DNA from: Clostridiales bacterium
Lineage (GTDB): Bacteria > Bacillota > Clostridia > Christensenellales > UBA1242
DNA length: 64,000 nt
Assembly (NCBI GenBank): GCA_015069395.1
Contig: SVIR01000006.1
Coordinates: forward strand, 112 to 64,111
Reading direction: 5' to 3'
Positions 30,014 to 41,600 of the stretch are shown piece after piece. How positions within the stretch are numbered: the first letter of the stretch is position 1; each line of letters starts with the position of its first letter. The position numbers were made by a program, and so were the translations under genes. The notes beneath the pieces were generated by a model. It was not told the DNA's origin, searched no databases, and was given only the letters and a program-made list of their open reading frames with translations.

Positions 30014-31399
30014 TTATTCTTCTGATTTTTTATCCTCTTCAGTTTTTTCTTCGTCATTTTGATAAATAATCTTCAATCTAATTTTCTTAATTCTATGGGC
30101 TTCCATCTTAACAATAGTAAATTTCATATTTATCTTGTGTTGCGTGAGATTTCCTTCTCCGTCAATAATTTCGTCTATTGTAAAATAGTCATACACCTTT
30201 CCTTCTTCGGCAATATCTTCAAACAAATCAAATAAAAAGGCATTTACTGATTGATATGGATTTTCTGGCAAGGTCTCAATTTCCAACCTGTCAAAAAGTT
30301 CTTCTATTGAAATCTCCGAATCCATTTCGTATTCGTCGTCGCCAATTTGTTCTAGAATAGGTTCTTGTTCGTCTTGGTCTGTTTCGTCATAAATCTCACC
30401 GAAAATCGTTTCAACACAGTCTTCCATTGTTACTATTCCAGAAACACCTCCGTTTTCGTCAAGCACAATGGCCATATGTTTCTTTACTTTTTGCATCTCT
30501 TTGATAAGCGTATCGACACTTGTATTTTCGGCAACAAACAATGTTGTTGTCATAAGTTGTGACAATTCCAAATCTTTGCCTTCAATTTTTGCGTTAAAGA
30601 AATCTTTAATGTTTAAAATTCCAACTATCATATCCGTGGTTTCTTTATAAACTGGCATACGGCTATATTGATGCTCAATAAAAGTTTTTTCAATTTCCTC
30701 TGTGGTCGACTCAATATTTAAAAACACAACATCAACTCTGTGAGTCATAATATCGTGAGCCGTAGCCTCTTTGATCTTGAAAGTTCCTTGGATAATGTCG
30801 GCCTCGTCTTTTTCTAAAACGCCCTCTTCTTCCATAGTGTCAATAATGCTTTCAAGCTCGTCTTCCGTCACTGTTACAGTGCTTTTTTCTTGGTTCTTTT
30901 TGCGAGTAGCGAATTTTTGCAATCCGTAAAAACAAATTACAATAGGATACAAAATTTTCGAAAGAACAAACATTATTCCTGCAAATCTGCAAGCATATTT
31001 TTCTGGATTTGCTTTAGCCATAGCTTTTGGCAGAATTTCACCAGTTATTAAAATAATAATCGTCATAACAACTGTGTTTAGCACATTCATTAACATATCA
31101 TTATCAATAAGGTCTGCTAAAACGAAAGCACAGAGAGTTGTTGACAAAATATTTATAATGTTGTTTCCAACCAATATAGTAGTGAGGATTCTATCTGAGT
31201 GTTCTGATATCCAAAGAGCTCTTCTTGCCCCCTTTACTTTGTTTTCTGCCATCGATCTAATTCTTATCATATTCATAGTGTTAAAAGCCGTTTCGCTTGC
31301 AGAAAAGAACGCCGAACAAACCAGCAAAACTGCTATAACTGCTATAATTACGGCGTGCATTGTGTTAAATTGTGATGCTAAAAGCATACTGGGGTGCAT
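30014..31399 (-). CDS. CNNM/HlyC/CorC family transporter (DUF21 + CBS pair + CorC_HlyC)
   Basis: N-terminal 4-TM DUF21 with SASETAF and GEILPK. Tandem CBS region. C-terminal CorC_HlyC-like domain. Confidence 0.85.
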   Translation of the reverse strand: MHPSMLLASQFNTMHAVIIAVIAVLLVCSAFFSASETAFNTMNMIRIRSMAENKVKGARRALWISEHSDRILTTILVGNNIINILSTTLCAFVLADLIDNDMLMNVLNTVVMTIIILITGEILPKAMAKANPEKYACRFAGIMFVLSKILYPIVICFYGLQKFATRKKNQEKSTVTVTEDELESIIDTMEEEGVLEKDEADIIQGTFKIKEATAHDIMTHRVDVVFLNIESTTEEIEKTFIEHQYSRMPVYKETTDMIVGILNIKDFFNAKIEGKDLELSQLMTTTLFVAENTSVDTLIKEMQKVKKHMAIVLDENGGVSGIVTMEDCVETIFGEIYDETDQDEQEPILEQIGDDEYEMDSEISIEELFDRLEIETLPENPYQSVNAFLFDLFEDIAEEGKVYDYFTIDEIIDGEGNLTQHKINMKFTIVKMEAHRIKKIRLKIIYQNDEEKTEEDKKSEE

Positions 31400-31570
31400 A
31401 ATATTTCTCCTTCAAATTAAAAACTTCTTACTTATTATAGCATAGATATCAATTTTTGTCTAGTCTTTTCGTAAAAACCCTCTCTACCCTTAAAAAATCA
31501 TTGTCTTATTTTGTTGGTTTTTGATAGATTGAATTTGTAAAAGTATGACAATATATGCTAACATAATATT

Positions 31571-32419
31571 ATGAAAAACAATCAATGTAATATATGTCCT
31601 AGAAAATGCAAAATTGATAGAACATTAAATGTCGGCTTTTGCAATGAAAAAGAAACAATAAAGATTGCAAAAACAATAAAAAATTTTAAATGGGAAGAGC
31701 CTTGCCTTGCAGACGATCGAGGGACTTTTGCAATATTTTTTTCTGGTTGCAATCTACGTTGTGATTATTGTCAAAATTACCAAATCTCTAGAGGTTCTGT
31801 TGGGCAAGAGTTTTCTATAGACGAGTTTTGCAAACTGATTGAAGAAAACCAAAACCTACATTCTTCGATAGACTTAATTACCCCTACACATTTCTCAAAA
31901 CAACTCATAGAAGCTTTTAGAAAAATTGATAAAAAAATCCCAATTATTTGGAACACAAACGGTTATGAAACTGTTGAAACAATTCAAAACGTTTCAAGCT
32001 TCGTTGACGTATTTTTGACAGACCTTAAATATTCAAACGATCAATTAGGCAAAAAGTTTTCAAAATGTTCAGATTACTTTTCTCACACTTTGCCTGCCAT
32101 AAAATCAATGTGTAATCTGAAACCAGACATCGAAGAAAATGACATCTTAAAACAAGGAGTAATAATAAGGCATCTTGTTTTGCCAAACCACATCACAAAC
32201 TCCTTTGACGTTTTAGACATTATTAAAAAAGAATTCCCTACCAGAAAAATAAGCATAATGAGTCAGTTCACACCAAATGGACAAGGAGAACTAAATCGAA
32301 AATTGACAAAGATTGAGTATAAGGCCGTGCTTTCTCATTTAAAGAAATTAAATTTGCAAAATGGTTTTATTCAAGATTTTGAAAGCGCCGACAACAGTTT
32401 TGTGCCGAATTTTGATTAA
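31571..32419 (+). CDS. radical SAM protein, PflX-like (COG1313)
   Basis: N-terminal CNICPRKC, and CX3CX2C in GCNLRCDYCQNYQIS. Confidence 0.75.
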   Translation: MKNNQCNICPRKCKIDRTLNVGFCNEKETIKIAKTIKNFKWEEPCLADDRGTFAIFFSGCNLRCDYCQNYQISRGSVGQEFSIDEFCKLIEENQNLHSSIDLITPTHFSKQLIEAFRKIDKKIPIIWNTNGYETVETIQNVSSFVDVFLTDLKYSNDQLGKKFSKCSDYFSHTLPAIKSMCNLKPDIEENDILKQGVIIRHLVLPNHITNSFDVLDIIKKEFPTRKISIMSQFTPNGQGELNRKLTKIEYKAVLSHLKKLNLQNGFIQDFESADNSFVPNFD

Positions 32420-32485
32420 TTTTGTTTAAAATTGTTTGACATAAATTTTAAAAAATTTTATCATATTAAAAATGGGAGGTCAAAT

Positions 32486-32776
32486 ATGACATCTGCAAAA
32501 AGATATGTTTGGGGCGGAATTTTGTTTAGCCTCTTTGCGATTACCTTTGCCATCTTAAATCATTTTAATATTATTTCAACCATGGATTTAATGCTTGCTG
32601 TAATTTATGTTGGCTACTTTGTCGGTTTGGCTTTGTATTACAATGGTGGATTTACAAGAGAGAAAGATAGGCCAGGCGCTTCAATGCTAAACTTTCTTTT
32701 AGGGACTGTTTTTATTGTTGCATCAATCGTATTGTTGATTATCGGTCTTGTAAACGGAACTATTATTTTATTTTAA
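32486..32776 (+). CDS. small membrane protein (96 aa, 3 TM)
   Basis: The ATG at 32486 is preceded by GGGAGG. Three hydrophobic helices. Confidence 0.55.
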   Translation: MTSAKRYVWGGILFSLFAITFAILNHFNIISTMDLMLAVIYVGYFVGLALYYNGGFTREKDRPGASMLNFLLGTVFIVASIVLLIIGLVNGTIILF

Positions 32777-32787
32777 TTAATCAAATT

Positions 32788-32819
32788 AAAAAAGAACGCA
32801 AAATTGCGTTCTTTTTTTT
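32788..32819. terminator. bidirectional rho-independent terminator
   Basis: AAAAAA-GAACGCA-AAAT-TGCGTTC-TTTTTTTT, between convergent genes. Confidence 0.8.
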
Positions 32820-32824
32820 GTTTA

Positions 32825-35221
32825 CTAGCTAAGCTTTTTAATTTCTTCAAGCATTTTTTCTATTTTGCTGTTGATTTCTGAAATCTTTTCTTCTGACTCT
32901 TTTCTTTCAATAACTCCTTGAGCTTCTTTTTGCAAAGTTTCAATTTCTTTAATCAAATTTTCTCTTTTCGCTTGTTTTGTGCTAGCTTTACTTTTTTGCA
33001 TTCCATTCATTGCAGTTTCAAGCTCTTTATTAAGCTCAGTTCTTATTTCGTTCAACATTGCTTCTTCTTTTGAAATCTTTTCGTTAATTTCTGAAATGGA
33101 ATCAATTTGCTTTCTTGGGCGCCCCCTTCCTCTCTTTGGAGCTTCTTCAACTTCTGCTTCCTTTACGATTTTTTTTGGTCTACCAACTTTTCTTTTTGGG
33201 GTCTGCTCTTTTTCAACCACTACCTTTCTTGGTCTGCCAGGTTTTTTCTTTTCTTGTTTTGGTTCTTCCACAACAATTTTTCTTGGCCTACCCGGTCTCT
33301 TCTTTGGAGTGGCAGGTTCTTCTGTCTTAGCATCTTCTTCTGGTTGTGCAGAGGTTTCTTCTGGCAAAGCGAAATCTTCAAAATCGTCGTTTACCATTTG
33401 TGTTTCTTCTTTAGATTGAGCCTCTGTCACAACTTTTTCGCTTTCAACAGCAGGTTGTTTTTCGTCTTCATAATTCAAAGGAGTCGTATTGTTTACAATT
33501 TCAATATCTCCGTCTTCTTTGTTTACTTCATTAACAATGTTTTCTGCAACACCATAAATATCGCCTTTTTGAGAAACATCTGTCATAAAGTCAAAATCGT
33601 CAAAATCGTCAAAGTCTACAACTTTCTTTTCTTCTTCAGGTTGAGTCTCTAACTGTTGAGGTTGAGCTTCAGAAATCAACACACCATCTTGAGAATATAC
33701 ATTTCCATATTCGTCATGGAAGTATCCTTCTGGATCGTAATAAGTTCCATTTGGATACACATAATTTCCATATTCGTCATATTGTCCTTCAACAGCAACT
33801 TCCTCTGGTTGAGCCGTCTCAACAGGCATTGTTTGAGCTTCAGCATCATATACTCCTTGAGGAATGTTCTTAAGCTTTATTTCAAGTTCAGTAATATATT
33901 CTTGGTTTTTCTCGTTTTCGTTTTTCAAGGCTTCAAATTTATCAGCAAAGATTTTGCCTACAACAGATTCGGCACTCTTACAGAATCTATTAAAGAATGC
34001 ACTATATTCTCCAAGCATTGCATTTTGAACGTCTCTCTTATAACCATCCAATTGGTCATTGAGTTTTTTGATTTCTTCTTCACCTTCATTCTTTTCCAAC
34101 AAGTATTTAGCTCTTTGTTGTTCAAATTCTTGTTCAAGTTGTTCTTGTTTTGCAATTTCTTGCGTTTGTTGTTTTCTATAATAGTTGCTTTCAATTCTAT
34201 TCGTTGTTTCTTCTTGCATCTGACGAAGTCTACTAACGTTTTCTTTTGATGCTTGAATTTTAGTTTGAGAATCTTTTTGAATATTGTCAAAGTTCTTTCT
34301 TCTAGAATCAAGTTCTGCTTCCAACTGAGAAATCTTAACCAAAATTTTATCTTTCTTTTTCAAGAACAATTCACTTTCTCTCATTGCCCTATCCAAAACT
34401 ATTGATCCATCAACCCCTGTAGAAGAAAAATCATATGTTTCATAGTCATCTTGGTCAACTTTTGCTTTGTTGAATTCTTCTTTCTCTTTTCTTGCTTTAT
34501 AATCCAAGAACTCTCTCAAAACTGGTTGCCCCTTTTCAATTTCTTGTGGGGTGAAGAGAATTTGATAATCAATATAACTTGGCAAGTCAACACAAGCATT
34601 GTCCATAAATCTGCCAAACAAGGATACGTTTTGATATAATGAATTTAAGATTGCATTTTTTCTAGCTCTCAAATAAACTACAAAAATCAGCCCAATCAAA
34701 TATACCATTACAGGAACTAGCAATGCCATAGCCAACGACATACCAAGCAAGAAGTTTTCATTGTTTTCTGAAATGATAATAAACATCGCTGTCAACAATG
34801 CCCAAACCGTCGTAAACAAAGACAAGTTTTTTATATTTGAATTGTAAGAACTCGTCTTCAAAGGTTTTTCAACCAGATTTTCTGTCGACAAATAAGAAGA
34901 AGGAGCCCCTTCTCTAAACAATATGTATTGTTGCCAATAATAACAAACTCTTTTTGGTGCTTTTGTTTTGAAAAGCAAATTCAAGTTTTTGATATTGTCT
35001 TCGGTAACAACTTTCTTTTCAAACAGCCATACGTTTAGTTTGTCCAAACATCTGTTGAGCGACGCCTCATATGAGAATGACGACTTGATCAAAAAGAATA
35101 AAACAAACAGCACTTCAACTCCGAGCGCAATTACAAACAAAATATCAGCGCCAATCAAATTTACGAAAGTCACTAAAAAGTTTGCGATATTTGAAACTAT
35201 ATCTCCAAGCATAGAAAACAT
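32825..35221 (-). CDS. membrane-anchored coiled-coil protein with acidic spacer and four C-terminal AT-hook motifs
   Basis: The ATG at 35221 is preceded by GAGGAGG. The N-terminal part (about 230 aa) has 4-5 TM helices and is followed by long heptad-rich segments and an acidic Tyr-rich segment (YDEYGNYVYPNGTYYDPEGYFHDEYGNVY). Four motifs, KRPGRPRK, KKPGRPRK, RKVGRPKK and KRGRGRPRK, are encoded at 33111..33309. Confidence 0.8.
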   Translation of the reverse strand: MFSMLGDIVSNIANFLVTFVNLIGADILFVIALGVEVLFVLFFLIKSSFSYEASLNRCLDKLNVWLFEKKVVTEDNIKNLNLLFKTKAPKRVCYYWQQYILFREGAPSSYLSTENLVEKPLKTSSYNSNIKNLSLFTTVWALLTAMFIIISENNENFLLGMSLAMALLVPVMVYLIGLIFVVYLRARKNAILNSLYQNVSLFGRFMDNACVDLPSYIDYQILFTPQEIEKGQPVLREFLDYKARKEKEEFNKAKVDQDDYETYDFSSTGVDGSIVLDRAMRESELFLKKKDKILVKISQLEAELDSRRKNFDNIQKDSQTKIQASKENVSRLRQMQEETTNRIESNYYRKQQTQEIAKQEQLEQEFEQQRAKYLLEKNEGEEEIKKLNDQLDGYKRDVQNAMLGEYSAFFNRFCKSAESVVGKIFADKFEALKNENEKNQEYITELEIKLKNIPQGVYDAEAQTMPVETAQPEEVAVEGQYDEYGNYVYPNGTYYDPEGYFHDEYGNVYSQDGVLISEAQPQQLETQPEEEKKVVDFDDFDDFDFMTDVSQKGDIYGVAENIVNEVNKEDGDIEIVNNTTPLNYEDEKQPAVESEKVVTEAQSKEETQMVNDDFEDFALPEETSAQPEEDAKTEEPATPKKRPGRPRKIVVEEPKQEKKKPGRPRKVVVEKEQTPKRKVGRPKKIVKEAEVEEAPKRGRGRPRKQIDSISEINEKISKEEAMLNEIRTELNKELETAMNGMQKSKASTKQAKRENLIKEIETLQKEAQGVIERKESEEKISEINSKIEKMLEEIKKLS

Positions 35222-35343
35222 AAAAACCTCCTCTACTTGAAGATAGTATATCACATCTAAAAAAATAATTACTAACAATTTTTAATAATTTTTTAAATAT
35301 TTTTTAATCATTAAAAATCTTGAAAAAATATCAATTAATATTT

Positions 35344-38300
35344 TTATTGAATATCTATTTTTATTAAATTATTTTCCTTTAAAGACAACAAAAACACATT
35401 TTTTACTGGCATTTTCAGTGCATTTTCCAAAGCAATTTTATATAATTTTAATTGATTAAAATATTTTCTTATCAAATATTCTTTTCCTGCATTTGAGAAT
35501 TTGTAATCAACTAAACAAATTTGTCCATTCTTAATTACAAAAAGGTCGACAATTCCTTGCACCAAAATCTCGTCTGAAACATCTTCTTCAAGAAGATTTG
35601 AAACTTTTTCTTTCATTAGAAATTCTTTTTCTTTAAAAACTTTGTCCGAACCTTTTGTTATTTCTTTCAAAAGCAAAACATTTTTCAACAAGAGCTCGGC
35701 ATCAATCAATTCAAAATCTTGACACCAATTTTCTTTCAGCCAATCTTGCAAATCAGACAATGATTTAACTTTTTCAAAATCTAAAAGTTTCAAAGCTAAA
35801 TGATAAGCATTTCCAGTTTGCAAAAACTTCTCTTCTTTTCCACTGCCCACAAAAACTTGAGGATCTTCTTTTTGGGTTAAACTTGTCACACTCTCTTTAA
35901 GCCTATAATTTGTTTTTTCGTCAAACCTATATTTAAAACTAATATATTCCTCAACTTTTTCCTTTAAATCTTGATCTACTTCTGCAACATCAAAATCTTG
36001 CTCTATAGAAAAATTCTCTTCAGAAATTTCTTCTATAAGACAAATTTGCATATTGTCGTCTTGATAAAAACCCTTTTCCTTAAAAAGTTTGCTTTGATAT
36101 TTAAGTGCGAAGAAAATTAGGTCAAAATAAGAATCGCAATCGACCAACCTCAATTTTTCTGACTTTGGTTTTTCTCCAAACAAATAAAGTCTGTTTTTAG
36201 CCCTAGTCAAAGCAACATAAAAAATCATAAGCTCTTCAATAAAATCTTTTTCTTTCTCAATTTCTTTTATTGCAAGCATTTTTGCTGTGAGAACTTCATT
36301 GTTGTTTTCTTTATCAAAATATTTGACAGCAAACCCAAACTCTTCATTAACCTCAACATCACTTTTCGAGGCCGACTTCTTTAAACTTTGATCGCAACCG
36401 ATAAGAAAAACTATAGGATACTCGAGCCCCTTGCTATTGTGGATTGTCGTCAACAAAATAGCATCGTCAACTTCTGCCACTTCTGGCGTAACAATAATGT
36501 CAACAGTTTCAAAATAATTGATCAATTTTGGCAAATCAAATTCATATCCACTTGAGATAATTTCTTCTAAAAATTTATCCACAAAAAGATTTACCTTTTG
36601 AAAATTTGATTTAGAATTTATAAACGCCCTATATTTTGTTTTTGCAAAAAGTTTTAAAAACGCTGTTTTTATTCCAAAAATTTGCAAATCTAATGCAAAA
36701 TCACTCAAATTTTTATTAAACTCCAAAAATTTAAGATTTTTATCTTGCAAAACCATTTCACACAAAGATTCACAATCACCTTTTTCCGAAACAATTTCGT
36801 CTATAGAATATCCTCCCAGCCCTGATGTTAAAACTGACAATAAAGCAATTTCGTCATCAAAGCATAAAACCAATTTGAGATAATTAACCAAAACTTTTAT
36901 TTCAACTTCGTCCATTAAAGAATTTCTTGAATTTGAAACAAGAGGAATTCCACATTGTTGCAAATAGTCTTCCAATTGATTGAAAACACCATTTCTATTT
37001 CTTGACAGAATCGCAATATCGCTGTATTTACACTTTCTTAGTTGCCCATCAACACTAATTTGCGAAGACAAAACCTCATTAATTCTCCTCTTTATATCAA
37101 GCAAAGTTTTCTCTTTTCTATTTTCAACATTACACTCAGCTTCTTTCACACTATAAATATTTGAGAAAGAATTTTTTTTGTTCGATTCTTCACAAACAAC
37201 ATCTATATTGATAGCCTTTTGACCATCGTCTACAAATTTGCTTTGGCCATCTAACATAGATGTTTTTTCATAATCTATTTTTGCAAAATCTTTGGTCATA
37301 CAAACCTTAAACACATCGTTTACAAAATTCAGCACCTTTTTCGAACTTCTGAAGTTTGATTTTAAATAATTGACCGTCGAAAACTCGTCTCTTTCAAAGG
37401 CTTCCAAGTCCTTCAAAAATATCTCTGAACTTGCAAGTCTAAAACCATAAATCCCCTGTTTTAAATCTCCGACAGCAACAAAATTGCAATTTTGGGCTAT
37501 GTTTTTCACAATCCTTTCTTGAACCTTGTTTGTATCTTGATATTCGTCTACAAACACATATTTTATATCAGAAAAAAGATTTTCTTTTTGAGACAAAACA
37601 TTCATATGTTTTTCTAAATCATAAAAATCTAAACCGTTTTGAGCTTTTTTTATCAAATTTTCATTTTTTTCATAAATTTCAAACAATTTTATAATTATTT
37701 TTTCTATTTTTCCAAATTTTTGATAATCCACACTTTCTTTATCAGATAAATTCAAGCTCTTTATACTTTCAAGCATTTTGTTTGTAGCTTTTTTAATTTC
37801 GTTCAAAACATCAACCAACTCATTTCCAACTACTTTTCTTAAAGGCATTTTTGGAAACACAAATTCAACAGCACACAACTCAAACAAGTCCCTGCAATTT
37901 AAAAGAGATTCGTATGCAGGTTTTACAATTTGATAAAAATCTTCCAACTTCGTATTTTCAATCTGTGTTAAACACCCTTCAAAAAACTTTTTTGATTTCT
38001 CAAACAAAAATTTTAAAGCCTTATCAAAATAAACTTCTGATAAACTCGTCGTTTTTTTCAAAAACTCCGACTTGTCCGCAACAGAGTTCACTATCTTTTC
38101 AACATCAAAAACAATATCTCTAACCTTGTTTTTATTGTTTTTGTACAAAGACATCAATTCCAAATATTCTTCAGGAAAATCTTTTTCAAACTCTTTTAGA
38201 GCATCTTCAAATGCCTTATATCTGATTTTTTGAGACAAATTTTCGTCTAAAACTGAAAAATTTTCAGGAATTTCAAGCAAATTTGCATACTTTTTCAAAC

Positions 38301-38613
38301 TTTTTTCGCAAAAAGAGTGAATTGTGGAAATATTTGCAATTGAAAGCTGATCTATTTGATCAATGATAAAAGCATCTTCGATTTCTTCTTTCAAGTTTTT
38401 TTCAAGACGTTCTTTCATTTCTCTAGCAGCAGCTTTTGTAAAAGTAAGAACCAACAAATCTTTTACAGGAACCCTCTTTTTGCAAATCAAATCTGATATG
38501 TATTTGATCATAATAAAAGTCTTACCACTGCCTGCCGAGGCACTGATCAGCATATTTTTTTTGTCATTTTCTAAGACCTTTTGCTGTTCTTCAATCAACT
38601 CAAACTTCGCCAT
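35344..38613 (-). CDS. addA: helicase-nuclease AddAB subunit A (UvrD-like helicase + PD-(D/E)xK nuclease)
   Basis: Walker A ISASAGSGKTF. UvrD motifs FVDEYQDTN and TIHNSKGLEYPIVF. C-terminal nuclease GIVDLF...LVDYKFS. The ATG at 38613 is preceded by AAAGGTGA. Confidence 0.9.
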   Translation of the reverse strand: MAKFELIEEQQKVLENDKKNMLISASAGSGKTFIMIKYISDLICKKRVPVKDLLVLTFTKAAAREMKERLEKNLKEEIEDAFIIDQIDQLSIANISTIHSFCEKSLKKYANLLEIPENFSVLDENLSQKIRYKAFEDALKEFEKDFPEEYLELMSLYKNNKNKVRDIVFDVEKIVNSVADKSEFLKKTTSLSEVYFDKALKFLFEKSKKFFEGCLTQIENTKLEDFYQIVKPAYESLLNCRDLFELCAVEFVFPKMPLRKVVGNELVDVLNEIKKATNKMLESIKSLNLSDKESVDYQKFGKIEKIIIKLFEIYEKNENLIKKAQNGLDFYDLEKHMNVLSQKENLFSDIKYVFVDEYQDTNKVQERIVKNIAQNCNFVAVGDLKQGIYGFRLASSEIFLKDLEAFERDEFSTVNYLKSNFRSSKKVLNFVNDVFKVCMTKDFAKIDYEKTSMLDGQSKFVDDGQKAINIDVVCEESNKKNSFSNIYSVKEAECNVENRKEKTLLDIKRRINEVLSSQISVDGQLRKCKYSDIAILSRNRNGVFNQLEDYLQQCGIPLVSNSRNSLMDEVEIKVLVNYLKLVLCFDDEIALLSVLTSGLGGYSIDEIVSEKGDCESLCEMVLQDKNLKFLEFNKNLSDFALDLQIFGIKTAFLKLFAKTKYRAFINSKSNFQKVNLFVDKFLEEIISSGYEFDLPKLINYFETVDIIVTPEVAEVDDAILLTTIHNSKGLEYPIVFLIGCDQSLKKSASKSDVEVNEEFGFAVKYFDKENNNEVLTAKMLAIKEIEKEKDFIEELMIFYVALTRAKNRLYLFGEKPKSEKLRLVDCDSYFDLIFFALKYQSKLFKEKGFYQDDNMQICLIEEISEENFSIEQDFDVAEVDQDLKEKVEEYISFKYRFDEKTNYRLKESVTSLTQKEDPQVFVGSGKEEKFLQTGNAYHLALKLLDFEKVKSLSDLQDWLKENWCQDFELIDAELLLKNVLLLKEITKGSDKVFKEKEFLMKEKVSNLLEEDVSDEILVQGIVDLFVIKNGQICLVDYKFSNAGKEYLIRKYFNQLKLYKIALENALKMPVKNVFLLSLKENNLIKIDIQ

Positions 38614-41600
38614 TGAAAAGTTCACCTTTTAAAACATCTTTACTTCTATAACCCATGCTATCTCTATAACGACAAATGGACAGGTAAGGGCAAGCCTCAC
38701 AACTACCTTTAAGAGGCTTTGGAGCGATTTCTCCAGACTCAATTTCTGCAATCGCTTTCAAAACTACCTTCTTGGCATAATCAAAATAAATCTCAAAATC
38801 CTCCTCAGTATTTCCGTTCTTAAAATAAAATTCTCCGTCTTTCGCACTAACTTTTTGAGACATTCCTATTAAAGAACTTCTGACGCCCGACACATTCAAC
38901 CTTTTATCCGTAAACAATACTACTTCATTGTCCTTCTTCGTCATACCATTTAACACAACCCCTGTTTGATTTATCTTTGAATATTTTGTTTGACAATCGA
39001 AATAATACATTCCTGCACAGTTCAGTTTCGTAGTTTGCTTAATAGCATTGGCATACAGAAAAAGTTGCAATTTTCTTCCAAAATATAAATCTTTTTTCAA
39101 CGCCTGAGTTTTACCAGTTTTATAATCAATTACCCTAAAATAATCCCCAACCCTATCAACACGGTCAACAACTCCAACCATTTTATGCTTCGCATCGAAA
39201 TCAAACACGATTCTTTTTTCCAAAAATTGAGGCCTAAACGAGCTATACCTTTGCTCTTCGACAATGTTTTTCAATATGATCTTACTTTCATTGAACAGAT
39301 ATCCAACAAACGATTTTGATTTCAAAATTTTATTATCATAAACAGTTTTCGCAATTGCAATAAGATTATTTTCTAAAAAAACTCCAATGTCCTTATTTTC
39401 AACCTTGGACAAATCTTTAAAACTTTCAACAAAAACCTTTAACAAACAATGCTGAAAAATTCCAAACAGCCTTTTGTTTGGCTCTATATTTTCTTTTTTC
39501 TTTATTTTTAGTCCATAGTTCAAAAAATGTGAGAATGGACAAGAAAAATAATTTTCCAATTGTGAAGGCGAAAAATTTTCCAAACTTTTGATATTTTTTT
39601 CTGAAATAAAAAGATCTTTTTCTTTTGGAAGTTTCCCCACCAATTCGTTTAAAGCAGAATAATATTTTTTGGGTAATTTATCTTTCGCCCTCAACCTCGA
39701 GTAAGTTCCTTGCAAGTCATTTCCTATAGACAACAACAAATTCTCGACTTTTTCTTCTTCGCTTACACTTGGCACATTAAATTCTTCAAACATAAAAGGC
39801 CTTATTATATTTTTCCCAAACATAATAGACAAATCTTCTACAAAATTTTTTGATTGTTTTGTTTCAGAATTTAAAGGAGTAGATACAACAAGCCGTTGTT
39901 TGGCGTGTTGCAACAACTCAAAAAGTTTTAAACGGTTTCTTCTGTTCAAAACTTTAATTTCTGGTTCCAATACAAATTTTAGTTTTTTTATGTCATTGTC
40001 GTCAATCAAACCACTGTCGCTTCTTGTTTTAGGCAATTCATTAGCGCCCAAAACAAACAAGGTTTCCACGTCTTCAAAATAACTCGACGTTGCATCTCCG
40101 ATATATACAGCATCTATGTACGTTGGAATGGTTTCTACTTTTATATTAACCATAACAAACCTTAACAACGTTTCAAAGTCTTTCAGTTCAAAGATTTCAG
40201 ATTGTCCCAGCTCAGACAATTTCTCAAATGTTTGCATCAACAATTCTTGAGCTTGTTTATTTTCACTTTCTTTCTTAAACAAACCATTATCTCTGATTTT
40301 TAAAAGAATCTTTTGATAATTTTCTTCTACTTTTTGCAATATTAGTTTTAACGTTTCTACAAAATCCTTTATGGTAGAGTTATTTTTCAACTTACGAATC
40401 AAATTTACAAGTTCTCTATAACTTGGACAAAGAGTTAAAAACTCTTCAACTTCTTGAACGTTTAAATAAAAAACTTTTTTCAAAAATTCAGAAGATTTTT
40501 CAGTCAACGTCAATTCGTTTGACAATAAATATTCAAACCCTTCTTTATCTAAGCCTATTTTGGCAAAATTTAAACATTTTAAAACAAAGCGCCCCAAAAC
40601 GGTTTGAGTCAAATCAACGGCATCGTCACTATAAAAGACAATTCCGTAGTCACTTAAAGCCGTCTTTAATTTTTCATAATAACTTTCGTCAGAAACTGCC
40701 ACTGAAAAATCTTTATACTTTTTCCCTAAAAATGTTTGATATTTTATAAACTTTGCAACAAACTCAACTTCTTCTTGCTTGTTTTTTGGCACCAAATGCA
40801 CAAAAAAATCACTTTTACCTTCTTCTACTTTAAAAGCAAAAAGATTTTTTGCCATCGACAAAGTTTCTCCAGTTAAATTTGTTGAATTTTTCTCCACCTC
40901 GACATTTTCTTGATTTTCTTTTGCAAACGCAATTGTTTTTCTTAAAATATCGTCTTCATAAATAAAACTATTTGATTGAATTTCTGGCTTAGCAAAACCT
41001 ATATAAACCTCGTCAACAACCTTCGCCAATTTGCAAATAAAAGAATTTATTTCAGAAGAAAAACTATCGAAATTTATAAAAAACAGCCTAAATTTTGATA
41101 AATTTAGTTCTTTTTTTGATTTTTCTACAAACAAATCTAACAGTTTCGACAAATCTAGCTTTTCTCCGAGCAAATTTTGAAATTCTTGATAAATCATTTT
41201 TAAATCAGACATTTTTCTATCAAGCAGGTCATCTCCAATATTTTTTATCATGTCTGGTTTTATGTTGCAGGCCTTAAATTGTTTTACGATTTGTAAAATT
41301 TTTACGCACAGTTCGACCCCACACTTGTTGAAATATTTAAATTTGTTTTCACTATTTTTGATCGCTTTATAAATTAAAAAAATCTCTTCCAACGCACTAA
41401 TTCTTTCAAAAGAAATATTGTTGTTTTTTAACACCTTGCTAGCAAGCCTTGAAATACCTACCACTTCAATATTCAAAGTTGAATTAATGCCTAATACATC
41501 AAACAACAACCTTTCTGCTTGCATAGAAAAACTATCTGGCACGACAACCAGATTTTGAAATTCAAGATTTGTCGTGTCAATTTTCTTCAAAGTATTTATG

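Noticed and set aside
32979-34311. Several 70-197-aa ORFs antisense to, or out of frame with, the AT-hook protein gene
   Set aside because: Low-complexity Lys/Glu-rich coding sequence leaves other frames open. The products are Phe/Leu/Ser-rich nonsense with no SDs.
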